Of a DNA stretch of 64,000 nucleotides, positions 1 to 20,936 are shown in pieces. The stretch's first letter is position 1; every line of letters starts with the position of its first letter. The DNA is taken from the NCBI GenBank assembly GCA_002269645.1, contig NIVC01000291.1, positions 124,001 through 188,000 on the forward strand, given 5' to 3'. The position numbers and the translations under genes were made by a program. Source of the stretch: Macrostomum lignano (Eukaryota). The notes beneath the pieces were generated by a model. That model made no database searches. It saw nothing but the letters and a program-made list of their open reading frames with translations, and was not told where the DNA came from.

Positions 1-1607
1 TACTACCTTATATCTATTTATAAAACTAAGCTGGCTCTAATAATTGACAATGAAAATCTAGTTTTTAGTATTAATTTAAAATTTGTTTATTAATTTAGTT
101 ATCTATATTCAGTTTTAATTTTATTTTTTATAGGTAAATATGATTTTTTAATTAGTATTATTTAATAACTTAGATTTTGGCTATTAGGGTCTAATCCAAA
201 TACTAAATAGTACTTAGATGTCTAATTGTTACATTTTTTATTCAATAATCTTTAATTTTACTATAAGTATTTTGTACCAATATATTATCCTATCATCTAT
301 CTTAATAGATAGATAGTTATCATGCCAATTAAATTTTTGGTAATAACTTACACTAGCAACCATTTTAGACAAAAGGCTGCAAAATCTAATCTTGTTAGAT
401 TTCAAACAGATTTCCTTATGATATAAATTATGTCTAGCATTGTATTTGACATACTTAATCCTTTGATCTTTCATGTGCCTATCTGACTTCAGTGGAAATT
501 TTTGCAAAGCATCAGCCTGCTAAAATGCCATTGCACAAGATGATATACTTTTGGATACCAATTAAAGTGATCCACAAAGTGTCTTTCCTGACACCACAAG
601 GTCTTCATTACATTTGACTTTAGCAAGTGAGTAAATTTTCTAAATGTTGTTTTTTTTAATATATGGATAAGGGTTAGTCAAAAGCAAGGGTCAATGTGGT
701 TGGGGCAAAAGATGATATATCCTTACCTTTTACATGGCTAGTTTCCCTAAATTTATGATGGCATAGTTTGTAGCAAAAGTTATGGTATAACCTTTTAGGA
801 AAGTTCATTCCAATGAAAAGACAAAATTTCTCATTTTACCATTGCCCATACCTACCAACATTTTAGTGTGGTGGATGGACTCCAGCACTAGGCCTATTGC
901 TCATCATTGCAGCACTCAAGTCAAAGTTTTGCATTTTTGGGCTTCCAACATCAACTAGAGCGATAGTCTCATTTGGAGGCCATGGAAAGCAATCTCAAGC
1001 ATGCTGGTAGAGCCTGGTGCCAACCTTGGAAAGAATTTGGAGCCCACCTGATTGTTAATCATTTTTCATCTGGCAGCTGCAACTGAGCATTGGAAATGGA
1101 ATTCACTATATCTATAACTGGCCAGCGGGAACTGCACACTGAGAAGCAATGCCCATGTCCTTCACCCCACATAACATTGAGGTCTCAGTCTCACTTTAGT
1201 GGTCTTAGCGATGTAGGATGCGATCTTCATAGACATGCCATTGAACCTGATCTGCTATGCCACATCTCAAGAAAGCTGACTAATGTTTTAAGGGTATAGT
1301 GCGGCAAGACTGAGTCTGATAGATAGTCCAATTTCAGCCACTGTAGGCCGACTGTGCAAAATTAATTGAAGCAAATGAGCTTCATGGTACTTGCTAATTT
1401 GCCAATTTTTTCTCTTTTTAAATACTGATATCTGCTTTTCTGTTTAGTTTAGCTACAGGTTGCGCAGCCATTGGAGCTAAGGCCGCCCACGCATTGCCTG
1501 GATGTAGTGCTCCTCACTAACCCCGTGCATAAAACTCCACATGGCCATGACAATCCAACTGCACACTGCACTGTTAGTTCCACAAAAAAATTCTATGCCG
1601 CATACAT

Positions 1608-1761
1608 GCGCAACCTGGGGAATCACTCGGCCGTTTCTATTGGCAACACACATGTAAGTCGCTATTGGCTGAGAACAGTCACGTGACTACTATTCCATCC
1701 AATAGCAACTTACATGTGTGTGTTGCCAATAGAAACAGCCGGGTGAATCCCTAGGTTGCGC
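1608..1761. mobile_element. Fold-back (palindromic) element, probable non-autonomous DNA transposon/MITE
   Basis: Left arm GCGCAACCTGGGGAATCACTCGGCCGTTTCTATTGGCAACACACATGTAAGTCGCTATTGG pairs with the reverse complement of the right arm CCAATAGCAACTTACATGTGTGTGTTGCCAATAGAAACAGCCGGGTGAATCCCTAGGTTGCGC. The centre is GTCACGTGAC. No TSD established. Confidence 0.6.
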
Positions 1762-3721
1762 CCAGGCATGCTATGCCTGGTAAACACTTAACACTACACT
1801 GCTGGTTATTATACTCATATTTCGACCTCCAAATTAAGCCAAGCCTTTACAGTATTTAAATTTACTTTTCTGATTTACTTTTAATTTACTTCATAGATAC
1901 AAGTACCATGTCATACAAAATATTTACTCAATTTCGCCCTTGCAGTTGCATATTATGAGCTGTGCATCTTTGTGCCTGGTTTATTTTTCCATTTCTGAAA
2001 CATCAAACATTGCAAAAAACCAATTCAAAAACAAAGAACATTTTCTATTTTCTACATCAGTATGTATAAAGAATGTATCTATACATTGCTCTTTTAATGT
2101 TTCAATACACTGTATATATATTATAAATTACATCTTACATTCTTTGCAAGTCAAAACAGTTGAAAGTTCACATTTCAGATCTGTGAAACAAAATAAAATT
2201 CATTTGAAATGAAAAAAAGTCTTGTCTTTTTTATTTACTAAGGTGAAAGAGAAGTTATTAACTTTGAGTTATTTATAAGAAAGACATCACCAGCAAAAAT
2301 TAAGGTAGTGCCAATGAGTCTTGAAGTGCTAGTGTCAGCCAGCAAGCAGTTAAAGAACTGCAGTTGCTCATCTTGAATGCAGTGCACAGTAGAATAGCCT
2401 CAAAGCTTGATGTCGTCTGGTTACTAGAGCACAGCAATCTTCTGTATGTTGACAACCAAACCAATTGCCAGCACAAAACCAACCAGCCTGCCTAGCTTTT
2501 AGGGTGGCAGGCTAGGTCACTGAGTAACTGAGTTGTGACAAGTTGTGACAAGTGAGCAGGACATGGAATGCCATAATGCAATCATTAGGTTGGTCAAACA
2601 TGAAGCATTGGCCAATACACAGCTAGTAGATAAGCTCAGAATGTAGGCTGAAAACCAGGCAGTGGCAATTGAGGCTTGTTGCTGGCAGCTGAAACAAAAT
2701 ATGTTGAAATAAAAAGAATTTAATTGTTCAGGGTTAATGCAAAAATAAATATTATCAAAGGTTGTCAATTGTATTTTAATATATAAATCAACATAAAAAA
2801 AGCTAATACATAAGCAAAAGGTACAAAAATTCAATTAGAAGTTTTACTACTTTATGATGTAAATTTTTAGCTAAAAAAGTAATTTAAACTTAAAATAGTA
2901 GGCCTACACATATAAAACTATTTTAACAAATTCCTTTTTCTTAAACTATTATTTAACATTTACCTTTTCTAACAACTAATCTATTTATTTTGTTAATTAT
3001 TAATGCAAATATATTTCTTATTAACACATTTTAACCTATAAAACTTGCAATTTAATAATAATAATAATATTAATATTAAAAGTTAAATACTAGGCCTAAA
3101 AAAATCTAGAATATTTCTTATAGATAGGCCTACTTAGTAAAAATGGTTAGAGCTTGTTTTTGTGCCTAGGTCTATATGACTATATTCTTGGTCCTATATA
3201 TGCAGGTCTAGCTTAAAAAACTGATAGCTTTCTAAAGACTTGAGGCCTAGGTAAAACAAGAAAAATGAAAATGGTGGGGGCATATTGTAAATATTGTCCT
3301 TATATATTTAACTACATAGACAGGTCTATTAGTATAGTTACTACATTGAAATGGAATTATACCTACAATAATGGCTTAATAGTACCGTAATGCAGCATTT
3401 TTATTGCAAATATACTTGATTTTAAAAAGGAAAAATACAAAGTTCGGCTAATGCCACTTGTGAGTATTTTGCAACTTGGGGCTTATGAAATAAAAAGAAA
3501 ATAATATGAAGATGAAACTTTCAAGACACAACTACATTAAAATATAATAGAGTAACATGTTGTGCGTGCTAAATAAAAAGAATGGTTATCTTAGCTGCCT
3601 TAGATCAAATGCAATCATTGATTTTGTGATGAAAAAATGATTTTCTCCTATCTCCGCAGTGTATTTTTTCCAGGAAATCGTCCTCCTAAAAATTTACACG
3701 ATCTTTGAGTTTTACGTCCTG

Positions 3722-4972
3722 CTAGTCTAGAAGTCCTTGTTTTTTGTGTCTAATCTTCAGCCAGTAGATGAGGTAGGTTTTAGCGATTCGTTGAGAGATT
3801 GGAGTAAGCTCAAGTTCTGATGATATCACACTGTTGCTAGCAAATCTTGGTAGATTGAGGAGATATTTGTAGAATTTCAGCTGAATATTATCAATAGCTT
3901 TTGTATCAGACATGGTAGCCAGAGGGCCCCAGAGCTCACAACCGTAAGTGATAACGGGGGTAACAAGCGCGTCAAATAGTCTGCGAATGAGTGTGATGTC
4001 TAGGGACGTATTCTTTACCCTATGGAGTAGGGAAAACATGGCTGTATATCCCTGCTTAGTTTGGTGTTCAATACATTTTTTAAAGCTGTTTTTTGGTTCA
4101 AAAATAATTCCCAGGTATTTAAATTCATTTACTTCTTCTATTTCTTGGTTGTCGTAGTATATTTTTGTAGCAATGCTATCTGTGTCGTTTTTTTGTCTGG
4201 TATTGCCCTGCATAAACTTTGTTTTGCTTGCATTTACTTTCAAGTAATTTTGCTTGCAGTAATTTTCCATAGTCGTAAATGTGTCTTGAAGTTCGTCTTT
4301 GTTTTTAGCTAGAATGGCTTGATCGTCTGCAAAGAGTAGGATGAGTGGGAAAGCAGATCTCGTAAGAGAGCGCCTAGCGCTAGAGAGTTCAAGATATTCA
4401 ACAATGTCGTCAATATATAGTTCAAAAAGAATGGTAGAGAGAGGGTTGCCTTGAAGAACACCTTTAGATATTGGGATTGGCTGGGTTTCATCATCATCAT
4501 CATCTTTTTTTAGAATGAAGCAGGCATTTTTATGCATGTTCTTGATAAGTTCCATCATTTGACCTTTAATACCCTGATTATCCGTTTTGCACCAAAGGGT
4601 CGGTTGATTTAAGCTATCGAAGGCTTTTTCATAGTCAACAAATCCAATAAAGAGTTCTTCTTTGTTGTAAATGGATTGGTTTATAATGTTGTAAAGATTA
4701 AAACATTGGTCGATTGTGCTGTGATTGGGCTTGAAACCGTATTGGTATTTTGATATAAGATTGTTTGCGTATGCTAGGTTTTCGAGTCTGGATTTAATAA
4801 TTTGGCAAAAGAGCTTGCCAAGAATTGGTTGAATGCAGATTCCTCTGTAATTGTTGGGGTCGGCACTGCTGCCTTTGTTTTTATAAATCGGATGAAGTGT
4901 ATTTGTTATCCAACTAGTTGGGAAGGTTCCTTGTTTGAGTGCTTCGTAGACGAACTCTGCTGAAAAATTCAA
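3722..4972 (-). mobile_element. Non-LTR retrotransposon (LINE) reverse transcriptase fragment, possibly RTEX-like
   Basis: 416-aa ORF with RT motifs YKNKG..DPNNYRGI, QYGFKP, FVDYEKAFD, GVLQGNPLSTILF, FADD, FKYLG and YGCELWG. No endonuclease domain. Degraded upstream sequence (FFKHF*PKLL..LF) continues to about 5030. The clade is tentative. Confidence 0.9.
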
Positions 4973-5187
4973 ACAGTAAATTAATATTCACCAATAGTTT
5001 TGGCTAGAAATGTTTAAAGAACTTAACCTATTTTTTGAAATCCATAGGATAACTGTTAAAGCACAGTTACTATATATTTTATTATTAAGACTTTGTTTAA
5101 ATCAACTATATAAATTTACAATCTTTATATCGGCCGGCAAACTCCGTGAGAGACTTCAACTTCAGCATCTACATGTACAAATCAGCT

Positions 5188-5598
5188 CAGGCGCGTCGCC
5201 ATCGGGGGGTACAGGGTCACAGGGGAGACATGCATGCAGTCCCCCAGTAAAAGCTATGGGGGGACATTGCTAATGCTAGTTGTCCCCCGTACCCTGTGAC
5301 TCGTGTTAATCAATAATTTTTCTTCAGGGCGCCAAAATATATAGCGCCTTCGGCGCTAAAATGAGTGCGGCGCTAATATGGGTGCCTGCGGCGCTAAAAG
5401 GAATGCCTACGCGCCGAAATGAATGCCTGCGGCGCTATAATTGAGTGCCTGCGGCGCTAAAAGGAAATGCCTACGGCGCCAAAATGAGCGCTGACAACAC
5501 GATTCTCAAAATAATGGAATTGTAGGAATTTAGTAATGTATGTACATGTTAAACATTGGCCTTGTCCCCCCACCATAAAATCCATGGCGACGCCCCTG
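5188..5598. mobile_element. hAT-type MITE (non-autonomous DNA transposon), 411 bp
   Basis: TIRs CAGGCGCGTCGCCAT / CAGGGGCGTCGCCAT (14/15). Perfect 8-bp TSD AATCAGCT at 5180-5187 and 5599-5606. Internal GCGGCGCTAAAA subrepeats. Confidence 0.9.
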
Positions 5599-6374
5599 AA
5601 TCAGCTTCTCGGCAGATGGTACTTGATGGCTTCGAGACCGGACGGATGATGCATGCCGACACACGGACCGGTTTCTGGCTGGTGTTCAAGCCAAGTTCAA
5701 TGGCGGCAAAACTACATATGGTAATCCTGTACGTGGATGCAGCATGCCGAGTTTGACCTGTTCCACCGAGCCTGTGCCACCGCCTGCACGGGGTCGCCCC
5801 GGTTGGTTTTGGAGGCCGACAATCCTTCTTTATATGCCTCCTGCAACTTCAGGACCCCAGAGGAGTCTGTACTATTCGCTGCTGGATTTTGATAGTGAAT
5901 TGTCCGTACAGGAATCAATTCTTGGTGTTTAAGGTCGTTTGGTTCATCTGCTTGCCTGGCCTTATTTAAGCGATTAGGCTTGGACAGCAAAGTACGTGAT
6001 AACTTTCGCTCGACGTGACACTTTAGTGCAAAGAACAGTCAAGTTTTTTTGATAGGTACGTAGACCCAGAAATTAAATTAATACCGAATGTGGCTTATAC
6101 ATACATGCTCTCTTCAGCGGTCTCCGAGCTTGTGTTTGATTTTTTCGAATTATCATTCCACAAAAACTTAACCAAAGCAAATATCGGATAATTGATAGAC
6201 CAAAGCTTTATGCACTGCCCCTCCCCCGGCTTGACCTCATGTCGGAGTGTGCAGCGGCTGCTATTGAGCCAAAAACATTTTTAAGACGTTGAATTTTCTG
6301 AAAACACTTTGCCTGATCGTCTGTATATATCTTTTATAACTACTCTATATAGTAACTCTATAGTACAAGTTCCC

Positions 6375-6470
6375 TCAGCGTGTACAGTGGCCCTGACTCT
6401 CTAATAGTGAGGCATGTACACACCCTGTGCTTTATTGAGGATTGGCCCTCAAGTGTGAGAATCGCACGAC
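6375..6470 (-). mobile_element. Decayed fragment of the SINE family body (see 14437-14795)
   Basis: GTGTACAGTGGCCCTGACTCTCTAATAGTGAGGCATGTACAC..GAGATTGGCCCTCAAG matches SINE core GTGTACAGCGGCCCTAACTTTATCAATTGTTAGGCATGTACAC..GGTTGGCTCTCAAG. Confidence 0.65.
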
Positions 6471-6750
6471 AACCCGCTGGCTAATTTTCGAGTACAAAGC
6501 CCAAATTCATGTGGCTGGAAGCATATACACGTACACTCAGCATCATGGAAAAGTGCAGACCACGCCAACCCCAATCATGCTGAAAAACTGACTGGAGAGA
6601 CTGAGAAGTGACCAACTGGGCCTCCAGATTACGCAACTTGCGCCACAGGACGGTAGAAACTGAGGCAAGGAGGGAAGGGAGAGCTAGACTTTTGCCTCGT
6701 GAGCATTGTGTTAAGCTCCGACTCAAATATTTCCGTCTCAAGCACTCGCG

Positions 6751-7080
6751 ATGGTGGCCGCCATGCAGATGACAGACTCCGCGACATGGCGCACTGTTGG
6801 CATGCTGGAAGCCGGCATGTCGATTGGGACAGCTGCCTGCCGATTCGGTCAAGGATGGTTGACAAACTGGAGAATGCAAAGACAGTCTGGAGAGACAGGC
6901 AGCGTCAAGCATGCAAGTTTGGGAATTAACGCGATTAAATCGATCTCAACCGCATGCTGTTTTTCATCATTAATAGAAACACACCTGATCCATCGCTAGC
7001 TCGTACCGTTAGTTTGCCAGGTGTATCAGCCAGCAGCACAGTCCAGTTGCGTACACAGGAACAGTAGGCTGGTACAATCT
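6751..7080 (+). mobile_element. Decayed Tc1/mariner transposase N-terminal (HTH) remnant
   Basis: RTVGMLEAGMSIGTAACRFG...ETGSVKH resembles the Tc1 paired-like HTH (RAIGMLEAGMS.R.VARRFG...ETGSV.D). Frameshifts and stops follow. No DDE domain or TIR was found. Confidence 0.55.
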
Positions 7081-7510
7081 GAGGATAACCTTGAGAGGTT
7101 GATACAATCCAACGAGCTGCACATTTAACGGCGTACTCAACATATAAATGCAAGTGTAATAATTTATACAAAAAATGACCTGAGTGAAATCAGAGTGCCG
7201 AGCTCTGGCACTGCACAGCTCTGACTGATTTATCATCTCACACGGTGTCATTTCTCCTCGCTTTTCTCACAGTTAGGCCTCATCAAACTTTCATGCACAC
7301 TGTATTGCCGTCAGCTGATTTCTAATTGGCTATTCTCTCTGTCCCCATCAAGAAATTATTAAGCAGCTGCCAATCTCAAATAGACTTGAAAATTTTTATG
7401 ATACCTGGAGCTCGGAACAGCTCCCCTTCATTTGTAATTGACAGTTTTAAGGAGTCACAGCATAAACCAATTGAGTTACTGCTGTTTCTCTTTGCTCAGC
7501 CGTTGTTCAT

Positions 7511-15766
<8,256 letters not shown>

Positions 15767-15957
15767 GATGTAAGTGAGCTTTGCCGAAGCCTTGAACTCA
15801 AACCTACTCGGCTCTGCGTCTGCCTGTCTACCGGGCTTCCGGGCTTCCGAGTTTAAATCCTCTGCCTTTGCCGAAATTCTGAGCCCAGTGCGTCAGCCAA
15901 TCAGAGCCGCCCTCCATCCAGCGGGGTAGCGCATCGGCTTCTGAGGAACTTTGAATC

Positions 15958-16272
15958 AGTGCCTGTCTCAGTGCCTGTCTCAGTGCCTGTCTCAGTGCCT
16001 GTCTCAGTGCCTGTCTCAGTGCCTGTCTCAGTGCCTGTCTCAGTGCCTGTCTCAGTGCCTGTCTCAGTGCCTGTCTCAGTGCCTGTCTCAGTGCCTGTCT
16101 CAGTGCCTGTCTCAGTGCCTGTCTCAGTGCCTGTCTCAGTGCCTATCTCAGTGCCTGTCTCAGTGCCTGTCTCAGTGCCTGTCTCAGTGCCTATCTCAGT
16201 GCCTGTCTCAGTGCCTGTCTCAGTGCCTGTCTCAGTGCCTGTCTCAGTGCCTGTCTCAGTGCCTGTCTCAGT
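15958..16272. repeat. 12-bp minisatellite upstream of the PDE start
   Basis: Unit GTGCCTGTCTCA, about 26 copies. Confidence 0.97.
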
Positions 16273-17034
16273 GTCTGCGTGCCTGCTTGTCTGAATCCCC
16301 AGAGTTAAACTCCGACCGTCGGCTGCCCGTGTTTGCTGGCGCAAGCGAGCGGCTTGGCGTCTCTCCGAGTAGACTCAGAAAGCCAGTGAAATCTCCCGCT
16401 ACCGTCCGACTGCGAGCTGAGCTCCCCCTCGCCTGTCTCATCTCAGCCCTGCAGTTCTCCATCCCCGAGCGCTCGAGTTCCGTTACTAATGATCAGACCT
16501 GACGCCCAGCGAGTCTCAGGTTGCGCAGCTTCTCAGGCTGTCTGTCTGTCCCCCCTGACCGGCAGCTTCGAACCGCTTTGAGCCGCACGCGCCCGGACGT
16601 GATGACAGGCCTGAAAGACCGGCAATTATTCAGCGCTCCATTTCTATGGAAGTTTTCGGTGTACTTTTATTGCAGCAGAACAAAATAGCAACTTAACGAA
16701 GGAAGGAAATTTCGCTTTGAGTTATTACTCGCATTTCACATGTATAGCCCTTCAACTCAATGCGGTAGCTGAGGCCACTTATCTCTAGGACTAAAAGCGA
16801 TGAAAGTTCTTGCAAAAACTTAAATGCCTTTTTAATATCTGCCTCATTCGATTTCAGGCTCAATCTAAATTTGGATTTGAGCATACAGAGACATAAAATG
16901 ATTTATGAACCATTTAGTAATGTGTCGCGGCTAACAATAAAGACGGGATCTGTGACCGCTGAAACTTGGCAGAATTGATTGGTGGCGGCTGGACTCAAAG
17001 ACTGACATCAGTTTTGGCTCACTTCAAAGACCTC

Positions 17035-17456
17035 AAAGATCAAAAACGATATCAGCGGCGGCCCAGATCAAATACGATAACAGTGGCGGCTTAGATCAAA
17101 GACGATATCAGTGGCGGCCCAGATCAAATACGATATCAGTGGCGGCCCAGATCAAATACGATATCAGTGGCGGCCCAGATCAAAGGCAGTGTCCGTGACG
17201 GCCCAGATCAAAGACGGTATCAGTGGCGGCCAGATCAAAGACGGTATCAGTGGCGGCCAGATCAAATACGGTATCAGTGGCGGTCAGATCAAAGACGGTA
17301 TCAGTGGCGGCCAGATCAAAGACGGTATCAGTGGCGGCCAGATCAAATACGGTATCAGTGGCGGTCAGATCAAAGACGGTATCAGTGGCGGCCAGATCAA
17401 ATACGGTATCAGTGGCGGCCAGATCAAATACGGTATCAGTGGCGGCCAGATCAAAG
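17035..17456. repeat. 27-bp minisatellite
   Basis: Unit CAGATCAAAGACGGTATCAGTGGCGGC; the early copies are degenerate. Confidence 0.9.
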
Positions 17457-17459
17457 GCA

Positions 17460-17924
17460 GTCGGCACAAACGGCATGAAGCAGTTTCGTTGGCGGGCAGG
17501 CGGGCAGATGGGGAGTCGGCAGAACGCGAGCGCATTGCGGCAGGAATTGCAGCGGAGGTGGCTGAGCACGAGACGCGAGCGGAGGCCCTCCAGCGGGCGG
17601 TGGAGGCGGTGCGCAGGGCGGAGCGGCTGGAGGCCGGGCTGGAGCAGCCAAGGGAAGCGCCGCGACCGGTCACCTCGGAGGAGGTGGAGGCGGAGCAGCA
17701 GACTCAGGCTCTGGAGCGGGCGCGGGGCCGCGGTGCTCCGTGCGGAGAGGATGGAGGCGGAGGCCGAGGACGCCATGGCGATGGAGCGGGCGGCGCTGGC
17801 CTGCAGGGCGGCGGCTTGGCTGGCTGCCAAGGAGGCGGCGGAGCGGCGACAGACGGGAATGATGAAGTGGTGCCGCAACAGGAGGCTGAGGATGGAGGAT
17901 TCTGCCTCAGGCAGTGAACCGTAA
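17460..17924 (+). pseudogene. Orphan coiled-coil coding segment with an apparent +1 frameshift (pseudogene or assembly error)
   Basis: The Ala/Glu/Arg-rich frame ALQRAVEAVRRAERLEA continues in another frame as LERARAAVLRAERMEAEAEDAMAMERAA if one G is removed from GGGG at 17724-17727. Start and splice sites unresolved. Confidence 0.4.
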
Positions 17925-18210
17925 ACTCGTATATTCGCTACTACTTTCAGTGTCAGTAGCATACCGCGCCGCGTAATTGCAGCAGAACTTTTTACAGGAA
18001 TGAAAAGGCTTTGAATTTGAAAGCTTGACTTACTTGTGGTTTTTATGAGCTCAAGGCAGTTCGAATTGTATTTTCTACGAGTATTTAGCATGAAACTCAA
18101 CACATCACTGCTAACTTATTTTAGTAGAACTTTTCAAATACATGGCCCACATCCATTCTTACAAGCATTGCGAGCGACAGCACAGGTTTTGTTCTACTTA
18201 AACGGCGTAT

Positions 18211-18218
18211 TGACAGAC

Positions 18219-18313
<95 letters not shown>

Positions 18314-18333
18314 CATAGACAGACAGACAGACA
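18211..18333. repeat. (GACA)n microsatellite
   Basis: About 30 copies. Confidence 0.95.
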
Positions 18334-18879
18334 CTAAGACACTAAGAAACAAAGACGGACAGAACAAACAGGCCAGAATTAGTAAAGAAAAAATCGGATA
18401 AAATAAATGTAGTTACTTTAAGTAGCACCAAAAGGCCTTTTATTTTGACCGCGGGATCGGCACAGCAACCTGGCCTGAGCCTGAATAATTGATCAAAATC
18501 TCGCTCCAGTGTGCCAAAATGCAGCTGCGAATAAAGCCAGCAGATGTGCGCCAGGTGCTTTCGTGTGGTCCTGGTTTGCCATGAACGCTGATTTAATATT
18601 TATAAATTTGGTTAATATAACTCAACGAAGTTGAGCTAGTATAAATATCTAAATAAATTACAAATTTCTGAATTTCTACGAGTACTTTATTTAAATTAGC
18701 GCAAGACTGATTCTTAAGCAGCCAAGTTGAAACTTGCAGTTGAAATCTGCAGAAGCTGGCTCAGGTACGTCGTAAATCGAGTGGATTGGCTATTTTGGGT
18801 CTGGTAGAGTCTAAGAGTCCCCACGGGCCATTCGTCCACCAGGCCTATGTCAGCTCTTCTGCCTCCACTAATGCAGCCC

Positions 18880-19835
18880 TGCCTCTCTCTGCTTCTCTCT
18901 GCCTCTCCTCTGCCGCTCCTCTGCCTCTCCTCTGCCTCTCTCTGCTTCTCCTCTGCCTCTCCTCTGCCTCTCCTCTGCCTCTCCTCTGCCTCTCCTCTCC
19001 CTCTCCTCTGCCTCTCTCTGCCTCTCTCTGCCTCTCCTCTCCCTCTCCTCTGCCTCTCTCTGCTTCTCCTCTGCCTCTCCTCTGCCTCTCCTCTCCCTCT
19101 CCTCTGCCTCTCTCTGCCTCTCCTCTGCCTCTCCTCTCCCTCTCCTCTGCCTCTCTCTGCTTCTTTCTGCCTCTCCTCTGCCTCTCCTCTGCCTCTCCTC
19201 TGCCTCTCCTCTCCCTCTCCTCTGCCTCTCCTCTCCCTCTCCTCTGCCTCTCTCTGCCTCTCTCTGCCTCTCCTCTGCCTCTCTCTGCCTCTCCTCTGCC
19301 TCTCTCTGCCTCTCTCTGCCTCTCCTCTGCCGCTCCTCTGCCTCTCCTCTCCCTCTCGTCTGCCTCTCTCTGCCTCTCCTCTGCCTCTCTCTGCCGCTCC
19401 TCTGCCTCTCCTCTCCCTCTCCTCTGCCTCTCCTCTGCCTCTCCTCTGCCTCTCTCTGCCTCTCCTCTGCCTCTCCTCTCTCTCTCCTCTGCCTCTCCTC
19501 TGGCTCTCTCTGCCTCTCTCTGCCGCTCCTCTGCCTCTCCTCTCCCTCTCCTCTGCCTCTCTCTGCCTCTCTCTGCCGCTCCTCTGCCTCTCCTCTCCCT
19601 CTCCTCTGCCTCTCTCTGCCTCTTTCTGCCTCTCCTCTCTCTCTCCTCTCTCTCTCCTCTGCCTCTCCTCTGTCTCCCCTCTCTCTCTCCTCTGCCTCTC
19701 CTCTGGCTCTCTCTGCCTCTTTCTGCCTCTCCTCTGCCTCTCCTCTGCCTCTCCTCTCTCTCTCCTCTGCCTCTCCTCTGCCTCTCCTCTGGCTCTCCTC
19801 TCTGCTTCTCTCTGCCTCTCTCAGTCTCTTCTGTG
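18880..19835. repeat. CT-rich complex repeat (CTCTGCCTCTC-type)
   Basis: About 950 bp of degenerate CTCTGCCTCTC / CTCCTCTGC units. Confidence 0.95.
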
Positions 19836-20936
19836 TCTGTCTCTCCATTATTCTTATTTTTTCTATCTATTTGAACAGATCCTCCCGTGCAAAAAGCAGT
19901 CCACCCCGGTGCTTCAAGCGGGCGATTCCTGGATGAGCAGCAAAAACTATGAAGAAAGCCTGCATAAAAAGAATCGGCACTGAGCGGGAGCGGCAGCTCA
20001 AGTGGCGCGGCAGCCGCTGCACGGCTTCAAATAAAAAGTCCAGCCGGCCACCTGCCGCCCGGAGGCGGGCAGCCGAGCCGAGGGAAAGCAGAAAATCCCA
20101 GCCGGGCGCTGAGGCAGGCGAAGGGAAAGCGAACGGGGGATCTCAGAAGTGCAGCCGCGAGTGCCGCAGTAGCCACACAGGCCTGCCGTGGGCGCGGGGC
20201 GGAACCGGGGAGGGGGCGACCGCCTCAAACAGGCGCGCTGGAGCAGCCAGCGGACCCTCCGAGTAGCTCGTGCTGCCCGAGGGTTCCGCAACTCTGAAAG
20301 GCTCGCGTGACCACCCGGATGCGGTGGCAGCCCCTGCATTCTTTCTTTCTTTCTGTCTCTCAGGAGGCCAGGACCCGCTGCCGGAGGAGAGAGAGAGCGG
20401 CAGGGACAGGGAGAAGTGAAAGGTGGAGTCAAGGACGCCTAAGGTAGAGATCAGAACCGGAAAACACGAGTACCTGATACAGGGGCAGTTTTCTACGGAA
20501 ATCTCCAGAGATCTCGCATTGGCATACAAAATGCATTTGGAAGATGAGAAGTTACCTGCTTTGTCTGATCTTACCTGACAATACCCTACCTTCCGAATCG
20601 CAAGTGTCCAGAAGTCCAGAGGGTGAGATGTTGCAGCTTTAGTGATAAAAACGGAGAAAGTCTCAATCTCGCAAATGCATTTTGCAGTGAAAACCGGCCT
20701 GTCGCTCCAGGCGCTCTCTGCGGGTCTCCCTGGCTGAGCAGCCGGCCGCTGTGGGGAGGGGGGGTTGGCCAGGAAATTCTCCCTTCCCGCCCGAGCTCAG
20801 CCGGTTGGGCAGCTCAGTGACGCTGCTGGGGTGGCATCTCAGTTGAGTATCGGGCCACTAGAAATGCTCAAAAACTCCCCAACTCCAGGCCGATCCCGGC
20901 TCCCCGAATCCCAGAACCCCGCCCAGCAGCCGCCTG

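Noticed and set aside
238-1300. Possible decayed transposase (piggyBac-like snippets DEQ, PLKSD, WHDN, HIDPCF) on the minus strand
   Set aside because: Many stops in every frame, and motif order and spacing do not fit piggyBac. It needs a profile search; not supportable by eye.
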